Shown one piece after another: positions 1 to 13,877 of a stretch of 64,000 nucleotides of DNA. Made by a program: the position numbers and the translations under genes. The stretch is from the human T2T-CHM13v2.0 reference genome, Homo sapiens. Numbering within the stretch: position 1 is the stretch's first letter; every line of letters begins with the position of its first letter. Under the pieces are notes generated by a model that was not told where the DNA came from, made no database searches, and saw nothing but the letters and a program-made list of their open reading frames with translations. The stretch is taken from NCBI RefSeq assembly GCF_009914755.1, contig NC_060930.1; one strand, given 5' to 3'.

Positions 1-265
1 TCTTTGAGACAAGGTCTTGCTCTGAATGTCAGGCTGGAGTGCATGGGATGATCATGGCCCAAGGCAGGCTTGACCTCCTGAGCTCAGCCTGCCAAGTAGC
101 TGGGGCGACAGGCACGCACCACCTTGCCTGGCTAATTTTTTGATTTTGTAGAGGCGGGATCTCAATGTACTGCCCAGGCTGCTATCAAACTCCTGGCCTC
201 AAGCAATCCTCCTGCCTTGCCTCCCAAAGTGGTGGGATTACAAGCACAAACCACTGCACCTGGCC
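1..265 (-). mobile_element. AluJ-type
   Basis: Antisense Alu consensus. Confidence 0.9.
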
Positions 266-850
266 TTAAAAACTTTTATTAATTAAAGATTTACTTTGCA
301 TTTTAATGAAGTACATTATTTTGTTTACAGTTTTAAATTTTAAAAATTCTTATTGTCAGAAAAGTATGAAAAGTCATACTTTTCATAATGACTAAAATGT
401 TATCTTGCACACATTGCAAATACCAGCCCTCCTGAAATAAACTGTGGGACTGGCTGCATCTTTTAGGTATCAGGCATTTGCCTCACCTTCATGATACCAC
501 ACTACCAGTTCAGTAGTTACAGAAATTGTCTTATTTTAAAGAAGAAAAAGAAAATAGGGAGGTGCTGAAGGGAGCTGGTAGCATGGCTTACCCCCACAAC
601 CAAAAGACCCAGATGCTTGGGTCATACAAACCCTTTTAAATACTATCCTAGGCAACCCAAGCTCTGCGAGAGTCTTTCTCCCAGGAATTCAAAACTGAGA
701 TTGAGAGTCTAGTATGTCAGAGCTGTTTGCTTAAATGGAAAAATATGACCTCAGAAATTTATTTGGGGACCATTATGTTGAATTGGTTTGACTCTTATCT
801 CTGCCTCCTTTCTCCAAGATCAATCCTAGAGGAACATAGATGGAAAATGC

Positions 851-1019
851 AGGAAAAAGAAAGAAAGAGAGAAAGAGAAAGAGAAAGAGAAAGAGAAAGA
901 GAGAAAGAGAGAAGGAAGGAAGGAGGGAGGGAAAGAGAGGAAGGAAGGAAGGAAAGAAGGAAGGAAGGAAGGAAAAGAAAAGGAAAAGAAAAGAAAAGAA
1001 AAGGAAAGAAAGAAAGAAA
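851..1019. repeat. Pure polypurine compound microsatellite (GAGAAA/GGAA/GAAAA)
   Basis: About 169 nt of only A/G. Confidence 0.97.
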
Positions 1020-1686
1020 CCCGGCTGGTGACAGCTGGGGAGAATGGGTGAGGATGGGGCCGGGTGACTGTTTTAACTTGGGCTGTGTGGGAGGTGGTAG
1101 TTCTGGCCTGGACCAGAAGGCAGTGCATAATGGCTGCGAGAGAACAGAGTTTTGCTCTTGTTCCTCCCTCACTGCTGTGTGCATCGGCACCTGCCCTCTC
1201 GCTTGTTCAGATGTCCTTACCAGTAAACAAGGGCAGTGCAGGAGCCTTGTGCTTGTGAGAAACTGAGAAAAACTGGTAGGGCCGAATGATCTCCCCAGCC
1301 CTCTCTCCACGCCCAGGGCTAGGGAATAACACTATCGGAAGTGTCTCCTACTAATACTCTTCCCTGAGGGATGAAGTGGGAAGATCCAACCTGAAGAGGT
1401 GTTTTGTGGAAGGTGAAATAAGTTTAAGTCTCATTTCTAGGTGCCTAGGAATCTCTGGCCTAGGCTTATCCAGCCCATTGTCCTGAGATCATGTGGGTTG
1501 TTAAGGACAGGGATCTGGCCATTCTCCTATTCACACTGCTTGATGTGTTAGAATAGCGAACAGTTGCAGGGGAAAAAAGCTCAGAGGCAAAAATAATAAT
1601 TTGAGAAACATAACCATAAAACACCCCCAAAGCAATGGACTGTAGATTCAAACAGAAGAAATATTAGAATAATGGACCAAGAGCTA

Positions 1687-2046
1687 TTTTTGTTTTTTTT
1701 CTGGAGACAGGGTCTTGCTCTGTCGTTTATACTGAAATGAAGTACAGTGGATCATAGCTCACTGCAGCCTCCAACTCCTGGGCCCAAGCAATCCTCCCAC
1801 CTCAGCCTCCCGAGTAGCTAGGCATACAGACTACAGGCATGTGCCACCATGCCCAGATAATTTAAAAAAAAACCTTTTTGTAGAAACAAGGTCTTCCTAT
1901 GTCACCCAGGCTGGAATGCAATGGCACAATCATAGCTCACTGCAGCCTTGAACTGCTGGCCTCAAGTGATCCTCCCGAACCTCCCAATCCTCTGCCTCGG
2001 CCTCCCAAAGTGCTGCAATTACAGGCATGAGCCACCATGCCCAGAC
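1687..2046 (-). mobile_element. AluJ-type with internal rearrangement
   Basis: Antisense Alu; ATCATAGCTCACTGCAGCC occurs twice. Confidence 0.85.
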
Positions 2047-2080
2047 CCAAGGACTATTTAGACATGTAAAAGTAATGACC

Positions 2081-2373
2081 GGCCGGGTGTGGTGGTTCAC
2101 ATCTGTAATCCCAATACTTTGGGAGGCTGAGGCAGAAGGATCACTTGAGGCCAGGAGTTTGAGACCAGCCTGAGATACATAGTAAGACCCTGTCTCTACA
2201 AAAAATAAAAAATTAGCCATACATGGTGGCATTTGCCTGTAGTCCCAGCTACTCAGGAGGCTGAGGTGGATTATTGTTTGATCCCAGGAGTTTGAGGTTG
2301 CAGTGAGCTATGATCACACCACTGCACTCTAGCCTGGGCAACAGAGCAAGACTCTGTCTCAAAAAAAAAAAAA
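2081..2373 (+). mobile_element. AluJ-type
   Basis: GGCCGGGTGTGGTGG...A tail. Confidence 0.92.
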
Positions 2374-2805
2374 GTAATAAACAATATGAAATATTACCAA
2401 TATGAAAAAAAGAACAAGAACATATTAAGCAAACTAAGCGAAAATTAGAGATCAAAATTATAACAGGTGTTTAAGAACAAAATAGATGAATTAAATATCA
2501 GAACAGATACATTTGGGAGAAAATTAGCTAATTGGTATTCCAGTTTGAGGAAATCTCCCAGAATGCAGGCAGTGACAAAGAAATAATATAAAAAGCTTCT
2601 AGAATAAAACAGAAGAATATACAAAGGAACATGAATTGACACATTTTTCAACAGCAACATCATATGCAAAAAGAAAATAGAAGAGTATTTTCAAGACTGA
2701 AGGAAATTAAACCTAGGCTTTTCCATAAAACTGTCCTTCAGACATAAAGGCATCATCCTCAGTTACACAGAATCTCAAAAGTTTTGCCTTAAAAACCCTT
2801 TAAAG

Positions 2806-3463
<658 letters not shown>

Positions 3464-3642
3464 GGAGACACTACAAGAGATATATGAAGAAAAAGTGATC
3501 AAACACCGTGATATATTTATTATTATCTTTAAAAAATAAAATCAATACTATCCCACTCTAGGTAATAGTGACACAATGAGGACGGAGTGAAGCAAATTCC
3601 TTTCTTATTGGGGAGAAGATTTGGATATTAAATATATATATA

Positions 3643-3926
<284 letters not shown>

Positions 3927-4577
3927 ACTGGATATTAAGTATTTTAATTTTTTTAAAAAAGGATTGAAATTAAACAGTGAAATATTTCAAATGTTTAGAT
4001 TGAGACTCTGAAATATTTAATATTTCAATTTTAATTTGAAATAGTTCAGAAAGAGATCTAAGTAAAATAATAACAATACATGTAAACCCAGCAAAATCCA
4101 TACGTAGGCTATTTCAAAAAACCTACCTAAAACTTAAGGACATACAAAGGTTATAAAAGATGAAAAAGAAATACCATGTGATTATAAACTAAAGAGAGCT
4201 GGTGTCATTATATGAGCATCAGATAAAATGGACTTTAAGGAACTTATTTTTGGGCGGAAAGATATACACTGAAATAGTGAAAGCTGGTGGCCAATGAAAG
4301 AAAGTGGTGGGGTCGGGCAGTGGGAGAGGAAGCGTAGGGTTTTGATGGCTGTCCAGGTCCTGTGTCTAGTGCCTTGGAAAGCCACCCTAGTTGCTGTCTT
4401 TCAGTTCCCTAAAATACCCAGATATTCTTCCAATCATTTCTCTTTTTTAAAACTCTGGTTGAAGTGGAGACTTCTGTTACTTGTAGCCAAAAGGGTTTTA
4501 CTACAACAGTGGCCTCTGTAGGTGGTTAGTAAATATCAACTAAAGACAGGCCTGAACACAGTAAGTAGTAGACTCAC

Positions 4578-4667
4578 CATCATCAGGTTTCTTCACAAAT
4601 TTGACTCCCAGTTCTTCAAACCTTTTACAAGCACTGTATACATCAGGAACAGCAATTCCAATATGAC
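4578..4667 (-). CDS. GLO1: GLO1 exon 5; final exon 6 lies outside the window
   Basis: AAG acceptor, GTGAGT donor; 90 nt encoding [29 protein letters not shown](G), including H127. Confidence 0.97.
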
Positions 4668-5373
4668 CTTACGTGATACCCCCCGAAAAAAGCAGAGAGA
4701 AGGAAGAAATAATTATAACAGGGTGTCCAAGTACCACAAGTAGATTCCAAAACTTGTTTATTTCAAAACATAAGGCACTTGGGAACAGACTTAGGTAGGT
4801 TCAAAATCTATAATACATTAAAGAACAAATATAGATCTAATGGGCTGGGTATAAGTAGTTAATTAGTTGCCTTGAATTATAAATTATTTAAAATTAATCA
4901 ATATCAGCTCATATACAGTCTAATCAGTTAAGAATAATCGACACCAAAAAACAGTAATCATTTACTAATACTTAATAGGTTTGTGGTTGGCATTGACTAT
5001 AGCAGCCAGCTGAAGCCTGCAATACTGTCATCTTGATTGAGAGACTGGAGATCAAGGCAGAAGTGTATGTGCTAGCAGAAACTGGGATTAGTATTAACTA
5101 CAGCTTTTTTAAAAAAAAAAGTCTACTGGAAATTAATTCTGAGACTTAAAAGTAAATCATGGTGAGATGGTAAGTGTAATTTTAGATCGAGACTCTGAAA
5201 TTAAACAACTCCTAAATAAGATTATTTGTGGAAAATAAAAATAATCATATCTCTAATAAATTGATCATACTTAATTAGGACATTAATGTTTTAGGTTTAT
5301 TAAAATCATAATTATATACATAATACAAAATCACACAAATCTACATATATCACATAAAAACAGGCAAACTTAC

Positions 5374-5441
5374 CGAATCCTCGAGGGTCTGAATTGCCAT
5401 TGTGGTAACTCTGGGTCGCATCATCTTCAGTGCCCCAATTG
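5374..5441 (-). CDS. GLO1: GLO1 exon 4 (Ala111 allele)
   Basis: TAG acceptor, GTAAGT donor; 68 nt encoding [22 protein letters not shown](G); phase matches neighbouring exons. Confidence 0.98.
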
Positions 5442-6171
5442 CTACAAAAGGAAGGAAAACATAGCTACAATGTCCTAGGGAATAGATATTCTGAAAAGCA
5501 AGTAACATCTTTGAAATCTTACCACGTTTATATGCTACTTTACATAATTGGCCTAACCCCTGCTACAAAAATATTAAGTTTTCAACTATAGAAAGGACAA
5601 ATGGCCAAAGTATGATTTTAACGAGACTAAGGAGACAGTAAATACAGGTACTGGACAAGAACAATAATAAGAATAATAATAATGCTCATTTATTGTGCTA
5701 AGTACTTTATATTTCATTTAAACCCTTAAAACAGCTCCATGGGCTAGGTGTGAACATCTCCATTCTATTGATGAAACTGCCACTTACTTGTTTAGAGTCA
5801 CAGACTCATATCTAAGCCTGCCTGATTCCAAAGCTTTATTTTGAATCAAGGGACACACGAAATCACACACTCTGAAATCAATCTCTTTTAAAGTATGCAG
5901 ATAAACAATGTAAAGAAATTGCCTACATTTTTAAGTGCTCAAGTTATAAAAATACCAAATTTGAATGTTAATTATTACAAAATGGTTTGAAGAATTTTTA
6001 AAGGAACACATGATATCACATTTCTGGATCCAAAATGTAGCAAAATAATAAAAGAACAAAATTTTGGATGCTGAAAGACTAATTATAGTACCTAAAAATT
6101 AGTTAGAGACAAACAGGCAAATATCTTACAATTTCAGGGTCTTATATTCTCTTATCTAAAAGACAAATGGA

Positions 6172-6747
<576 letters not shown>

Positions 6748-6939
6748 CACATCTCATTTGCCCAAGAACAATACAAAGATCAAAAGATGCATGAAAAACA
6801 CTTCAATATATTATTAAAAATGTGAAGTCATAGGCAGATCTGGTTTGAATTATACTGGTCAGTAAACAAAACAAAAAAGATTTTTAAAAACTACCTTAAA
6901 AAATCTATAATATATATAAATATAGAAACTCATACTCAC

Positions 6940-7080
6940 TGTGTCAGCTCAAGTGTAGCTTTTCTGGAGAGCGCCCAGGCTATTTTTTCATCTTTTTCTT
7001 TAGGGATGTCATTTTTATCCTCATAAGCCAAGAAGTAGAGTGAAAACTTCATAATGGGAAAATCACATTTTTGGATTAGC
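6940..7080 (-). CDS. GLO1: GLO1 exon 3
   Basis: CAG acceptor, GTGAGT donor; 141 nt encoding [46 protein letters not shown](H), including E100. Confidence 0.98.
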
Positions 7081-9457
7081 CTGCAATGAAAAAACAACAA
7101 GCCTGAATCATTAACAACAGGAAAGGCTAATTCATACTATAATCAACATAACTTAATATTCAAGTTTTACTAAAAAGAAGAGCTATATGTAGTAAGCCTA
7201 TTTTAATGGAATAAGCAGGAGGAAAAATCAGTGAAAAAATATCATTAAAAATGCATCTGTAAATATTTGAAATACAAAAATGAAAACTTCTGTAATTCAT
7301 CAATTCTGTAAATATAGTAACATTTAGCTGAAATTATGGTACTTGTTAATAAATAGAAACGGCTATCTCCAAAAGAGAACTGTGTTTATTTGTACTGAAA
7401 AATATAAAGAACCTTGTTGCTATTTCATATATATACACACATACAAACACATATATAAATATGTCATTCAGTTAAATAAACACATTTATTGAGTTCTTAC
7501 TATGCCAAAACATCTAGGAAAGGAAATTAAGGATAGGTGGTAAGAAAGAAGGAGGAAGGACAGACTAGTATCACAGAAGACGTGAATGTCAACAGTAAGG
7601 TGGCTAACAGTATCAGATACTGTAGAAAGGTCAAACAGTATTAAGACTAAGAAAAGGTCATGAGATATGGAAAGGTCCCATGAGAGCAATGTCAGCAGAG
7701 TGGGGAAGCATCAGCTGGATTACACTGTACTGGGGAGAGAGAATGGCAGGTGAGCAGGTAAAACAGTAGCAAGCATGGCAGTGACAATGGGGAGGTAGGC
7801 GAAGGAGCAGAGGGCAAGAAATATTCTGGAACAAAGAAGACTTACGCTTCTCTGAGGGGAAAGAGACAGTAGAAGAGACTGATGGGAGAGAGAGTGAATG
7901 AATTATGAATCCTGAGGTTTTAAGAAAGATAACTGAAGTCCTGAACCTTAAATGACTTTAAATGGTATAGGATTATTTGGCAAGGAGTAAGGTGGCATGA
8001 GAATGCATATATGATTTTCTTTAGATTATTCAAAGATGACTTTGTTCATAATCAATAAGAGCAAATGGCTGTTATTGCCATATAGCAAATGGAAAGTTTC
8101 TAGAGTTCTGCTTCCAATCTTTTATTTCATTATCACTGCTATATAATAGACCTTGGCCCACTTAGATCCTTGCATTGACTTATCACAAATAAGATTTACT
8201 CTAACATGTTTATAATAAAGTATCAAACACCTCAAATACTCCAATCATGAAAAACAATCTCTGCACCTACTAAAGCAGACTACACAACCCTCATGGACCA
8301 ATCAGTTGGGACTGAAGGAAATGAAACTGTTGCAACTTGCTTTTCTCAGCTGTTCAAATCTTCCAGCTTACTGTCAACTTGTACCCTATTTGGGGGCTCT
8401 GCACAGGAAGTCTACATTAGAGCCCATCAGACAATGGATACAGGTTCCAGCCCTGCCATATGCCAACTGTGGGATTTGGAGCTAGTAACTTCATCTCATT
8501 AAGCTTTGGTTTCTCCGTCTGTGAAATGGGGATAAAAGCTACCTCCTAAGACTGGTGTGAAGACTGAACAAAATAACATTTGAAGTGCCTGGCAAAAGTG
8601 TTCAATAAATCTGTTTTCATTTTGTCCTTTAAATATGTCATAAATATATTCATAATACCTTTTTCTAGAAAAAAATCACAAGAAACTGGACAGCAGTTAT
8701 CTCTGGGGAGAAGAACTTGGGGAGGGAAGCTATTACTTTTCATTTTGTATTTTTCTGAACTGGTCAAATTTTCTAAATATAGACATATATTACTTAAATT
8801 TTTCTCTCAATGTGAATGGAAGTTATCTAGGCACTAAATTTAAAGATTATTTTATTATTCATGTATCTATATGCTCAAAAGCAAAATGCTCACATAACTT
8901 AGGGAAACAAATCAACAATATGACAAAATTATTTCTCAATATACCTCAGTAAAGCTGGAGAAAAAAAGAAAAATAAACATGCTTTAGAAAAATAAGTATG
9001 CTTTAGGATTGCAAGATCAGTGGATATGACCTGTTGAGCAAAAGAAAACACAGCCTAGAAAAATAGAACAGATGGTCAGTTTTAAGTAAACCCATTGGTT
9101 TTCTGAGTAGTAAGTTCTTATTATCTATAACTTTTCTGAAGTAAACAAGAGGCTAAAAGTGGCCAGAACATCAAAAGGGGTCTGAACACATTAAGGATTT
9201 AGCTGGGAGCGCTCAGAGAAGGCAGACTGGAGAAAATGCAACTATTTGTGTCTTGTTTTGCCCTTTCAGGCTGGCTGGGATAGAGAAGAAAAAGAACTTA
9301 CGAGAGAAGCCCTGTCCAGCCAGGCCTAATCACAGACTCCTGGCCAAAAGAACTTCTGTTACTTCTGAAACAAACTTTAAGATGGGTCTGAAAACACTCT
9401 CTAGATTTGCAAAGCTATATATTTAAACATTAAGGTGCCAATAAGTACTTGACTTAC

Positions 9458-9540
9458 GTCATTCCAAGAACTCTAGTATAAAAATCCAGTGACTTCTTAG
9501 GATCCTTCACTCGTAGCATGGTCTGCTGCAATAGAAAATC
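9458..9540 (-). CDS. GLO1: GLO1 exon 2
   Basis: TAG acceptor, GTAAGT donor; 83 nt encoding DFLLQQTMLRVKDPKKSLDFYTRVLGM(T), including Zn ligand Q34. Confidence 0.98.
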
Positions 9541-11299
9541 CTATGGAAAAATATTTATATTAAACATCTTTCACTTTTACCATTTATTACCAACATTAAT
9601 TGTGCTTTCTGTAACAAGATACAAACACAATTGTTAACCTACCACCTACAACTTGCAAGGGCTCTCTGCTCAGTGGTATCTTCTGGTTGCAGGCCCCTGT
9701 GTGATGCAAGTCCAAAGTGTCAGAAAGTTTCCACTGCAGGAATGACCTTCAACCAATGGTCGATAAAAAACCTGGCATCCCTGTCCCTTGGTGGGACAAT
9801 TCAGAGGCAGGTACCACAAAGTCCCTCAAAGAATCCCCAGCAGGATTGAACCTCAGTTGCCCACAGTGGTAATCCACTCGTATACACCTATGATCACCCT
9901 CTCTCCCTAACTCTGCAGAGCTCTCTGTGACCACTTCTCAAAAACTTAAAACCACACCATTCTCTCTAGTCTGCTTTGGGGCTACCCAAACTAAGACACT
10001 GATTTTACACATAAAGAGGTTGATCACTACAATATTTGTTGAATGAAGGCATAAATGCCCTTCTAGAACCATTTACTGGTGACCACGCAAATTAGCAAAG
10101 AGTTACTCACAAGATCCTAGACTCCTAAATAACTAAAAGGGTAAAAAGTTACTGTTGCTAACACCTTTGGGAAATTCAACTTACTTATCAGGAAACAGAA
10201 GGCTTGACTGAGAAAAGGGTAGAAGGTATGTAAATTCATGGAGTTAAGATTATTAATAGCATTAATAATTCTACTTAGGACTTAACTAGGTGTAATAACT
10301 CTATATGGTATTACTGTCGATATTCATACCCCATGTTGTAGATGAGAAGCTGACACTGAGTAATTAACTGTTTAAGGCCTCTAAGTTTTGGTCTCCCTTT
10401 ACCATTGGTATGTACCTTCCAGACCATAAGTCTGTGAACCTCACTGGTGCTTCCTAACAGATTTTTTTTTTTTTTCTGTTAAACCCATGGCTTGACAAAA
10501 CAGGCCTGAAAATTCTGACCACTTACTTTGGAGCCACATGCCATCTTTCTCCTATATAACTCACATCATATAAAATACAAATATAGTTCATTCAGCCTCA
10601 TTAGGAAATTATATTTTTCTCTTTTGCTAAATTTTAAGTAAATGAAACATACTCTTTTAGGCATTAAAATTCTCATTTAAAACAAAACTAGCCTAAAAAC
10701 TACTTTATCTTATTAAAACTGATCTTAATAAATATAATAATTAAATTCTTTATTCGCAGCTTATAATCACATGCCAGGCAGGTTACATGTTTCTAGAACA
10801 TTTGGGTTGCTTTTCTCAGTCAGATGCTACAGTCCTAAAGGTCTCGATTTTATCAAGCAGCTGAGAAAGAGAAAAGTAGCTCTGCACATCCAAGTGCTGG
10901 CCTGGTACTCACAGCTGGGCCTTGGTTTTCTCCTGTTGAACATATATAAAGTCACTCTGTGGCTGCCATGATGTGATACCAAAATAAAAAAAAAAAAATT
11001 TAAAGCAGCAAGACCATGTCCACTTCATATTCCGGTCTAAGTATACATTAAAACAAGGCACTATGAACACTACCAAAATAACAAACATCCTTCTTTCCCA
11101 GCTAATATGAGTGGTAGCTACTTCTCTATTGATTACAATGTTTGCTTGAGGAAGCCACCTGCAGGACAAAGTCTTATGTATGATCTGTCAGGCCCGACCA
11201 CACACAATCACACAGACTTTAGCTGGCAGGCCTCATGGGGGAGATCTGTCCTCCCAGCACTGGTTCTCAGTCTCAGGAGGGAGCACTGCAGTCCCTGGA

Positions 11300-11860
11300 G
11301 GGAGGTGCAAGCAAGGACTAAATTCTAAAGATGTCCTTCCTTATTCTCTCAAACACTAACCTAGGTGCTGCTGTGAGAGACTCTGAGAGGAAATTAAGGT
11401 CACTCATCAGTGGACTTTAAAATGGGATTAGCCTGGATTACTGAGGTGGATTCAATGTAATCACACAAGACCTTAAAAGCAGGAGAGAGAGAGAGCGAGC
11501 GTGCGCGCGCAAAGAAAGTAGAAGAGGAGTGTGGCATAAAGGGAAGTGGGACAGATTCCAAGTGTGAGAAGGGGCCAACCTGCAGGTGCTGGCTCTGAGA
11601 CATGGGGCACATGTGCCAGGAGTTAAAGGCAGCTGCCCTCTGCTCCCACCCCACCATACCCATCCACGCCTGACAGCCAGCAAGGAAGCTGGGACCCCTG
11701 TCCGACAGTGGAAAGAAACTGAATTCAGGGAACAATCTAAATGGATTTAGATGCAGATTCTTCCCCAGAGCCTCTGAGTAAGGAACACAGTCCTGTCAAT
11801 ACAGTGGGACAGACCCAAGTCGGACCTCTAGCCTATGGAATTATGAGATAATATATTTCC
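11300..11860 (+). mobile_element. MaLR MLT1 (E-like) LTR fragment
   Basis: GGAAATTAAGGT...AATGTAATCACA...CAGATTCTTCCCCAGAGCCTC...GAGATAATA blocks. Confidence 0.6.
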
Positions 11861-12231
11861 AACCAAGCTGCACCCAACATTATTTGTTGCTCAGTTTTTT
11901 TAAAAAAGGATAAAATCTAAAAACTATCTTTTAAAATCTGCTTTGTAGTGACCCTGTTTATGTTTTGTTTCTTCAACATCTTTCTAGTACCAACATTAGT
12001 ATTGGTACTTTACCAACGACTTTATCATTACTTCTGTTCACACTATACAGGCTATACTCAAATCCATATATCTTAGGCACAGCATGTATTTTTTGTTGTA
12101 GATGCCATGCCAAGTACTTGCCAAAGTTAGACAACCTTAACTATTCTATCCCATAGTCTATCATATCCTTATCTTACAATCTTTCTGGAAAACAACTGGA
12201 ATATCAAGAGTCCTCAAGAATTCATATTCTT

Positions 12232-12387
12232 GGCCAGGTGCAGTGGCTCACGCCTGTAATCCCAGCACTTTGGGGGGCTGAGACGGGCGGATCACGAGGT
12301 CAGGAGCTCGAGAAACAGACTGATCAACATGGTGAAACCCCGTCTCTACTAAAAATACAAAAAATCAGCCAGTAGTGGTGGTGCACG
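12232..12387 (+). mobile_element. Alu, 3'-truncated
   Basis: Left monomer plus start of right monomer. Confidence 0.9.
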
Positions 12388-12398
12388 AATTAATATTC

Positions 12399-12645
12399 TT
12401 TTCTTTTTTTTTGAGATAGAGTCTCCCTCTGTTTCCAGGCTAGAGTGCAGCAGTGAGATCTTGGCTCACTGCAACCCGCCTCCCGGGTTCAAGCGATTCT
12501 CCTGCCTCAGCCTCCCGAGTAGCTGGGACTACAGGCGCCCGCCACCCAGCCCGGCTAATTTTTGTATTTTTAGTAGAGACAGAGTTTCACCATGTTGGCC
12601 AGGATGGTCTCGATCTCTTGACCTCGTGATCCGCCTGCCTTGGCC
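12399..12645 (-). mobile_element. AluS(c)-type, 5'-truncated
   Basis: Poly-T then antisense Alu. Confidence 0.9.
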
Positions 12646-13877
12646 TAAGAATTCATATTCTTTGACCAAGATGTTCTCTTTCTAAAATTCTAAGGAAATA
12701 ATTACTCTGACAAAGATTTATGTACAAAGGCATCCATCACAACACTTACACAATAACTATGTGCCAGATGCTGTTCTAAGAGATTCAAAGAAACTAATAC
12801 ATGTAATCTTCACAACAAGCCCATGAGATACATATTATTATCATCCCCATTTTACTGCTGAGAAAGTAAGTGGCAGAGAAAAAATTCTGGCCCAAGCAAT
12901 CTGATTCCAAAGTCCTTGCTTTTAAACCACTAACTGCCTCTAACAAAGGAATAGTTAGATAGTATGACACAGGCATAAAAGAATATTATGAAAAACATTT
13001 AAAATGCTGCGTCGAGGTATATTAAATGGCATGGAGATATATACAGATGGTATACTAAGTCTAATGGCATGGGAATATATAAAATGGTATATTAGCTTTT
13101 AAAAACATTATATATATATACACACACACGCATATGAAAACAAATACCACTTAATATGCTATTGAGATTAATTATATCTTAAAATTAATGTTACAGACTT
13201 TAACTTTATTATTAAGAGAACTATGTACTGTATCTGCCTAAACACATACACATAAAGAATATTAAAATTCACTTTAAAAAGTCTATACGTGGCAAAAAAA
13301 GTAAGATATATTCAATGTTAGTGAATTTATTGATAAAATAGAGGCTTATAAATCCTTTGCTACAAATTGTTAAATGGATATAAAAACAAGAAGGGCTTAT
13401 TTTTAAGAAAATGATCAAGTTATTCTATGCTCAGATAACAGTTTTATTTTTATCACCAAAATAGTCTGTTAACTCCATGTGCCTCTTGTGAACACTTGCA
13501 TGATCTTGAGAAAAAGTTCCTGTTTTAAAAAGTTAAGTTCCTAAAAATTATTGCTTTATTGGTATGGTTCTAAAATATCGTTTAAAATACATGTATCTCC
13601 TGTTTTAAAAAGTAAGACTTATGCTATGCTCATGTCTTGTCTCACCTGATAGTCCTTAATTTTGTCTTTCCCTTATCATGCTTTAAATTTAGAACAATAA
13701 AAATAAGGTGTCTTTTATGCCTAAACTATCTTTGGTTTTACAGGGATGGCTACTGGGTGACAAAGATTTGCTCCTGTGCCTTATCAAAAGGTGGACAATA
13801 GAAATAATAAGGTTTTTTTCGGGGGGAGGGGAAGTGTCATTCTCCAAATTTAATTAAGAAAACTACTGTAAGAAAAC

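Noticed and set aside
727-1310. Overlapping 100-179-aa ORFs on both strands
   Set aside because: Stop-free only because of the polypurine microsatellite; the translations are low-complexity
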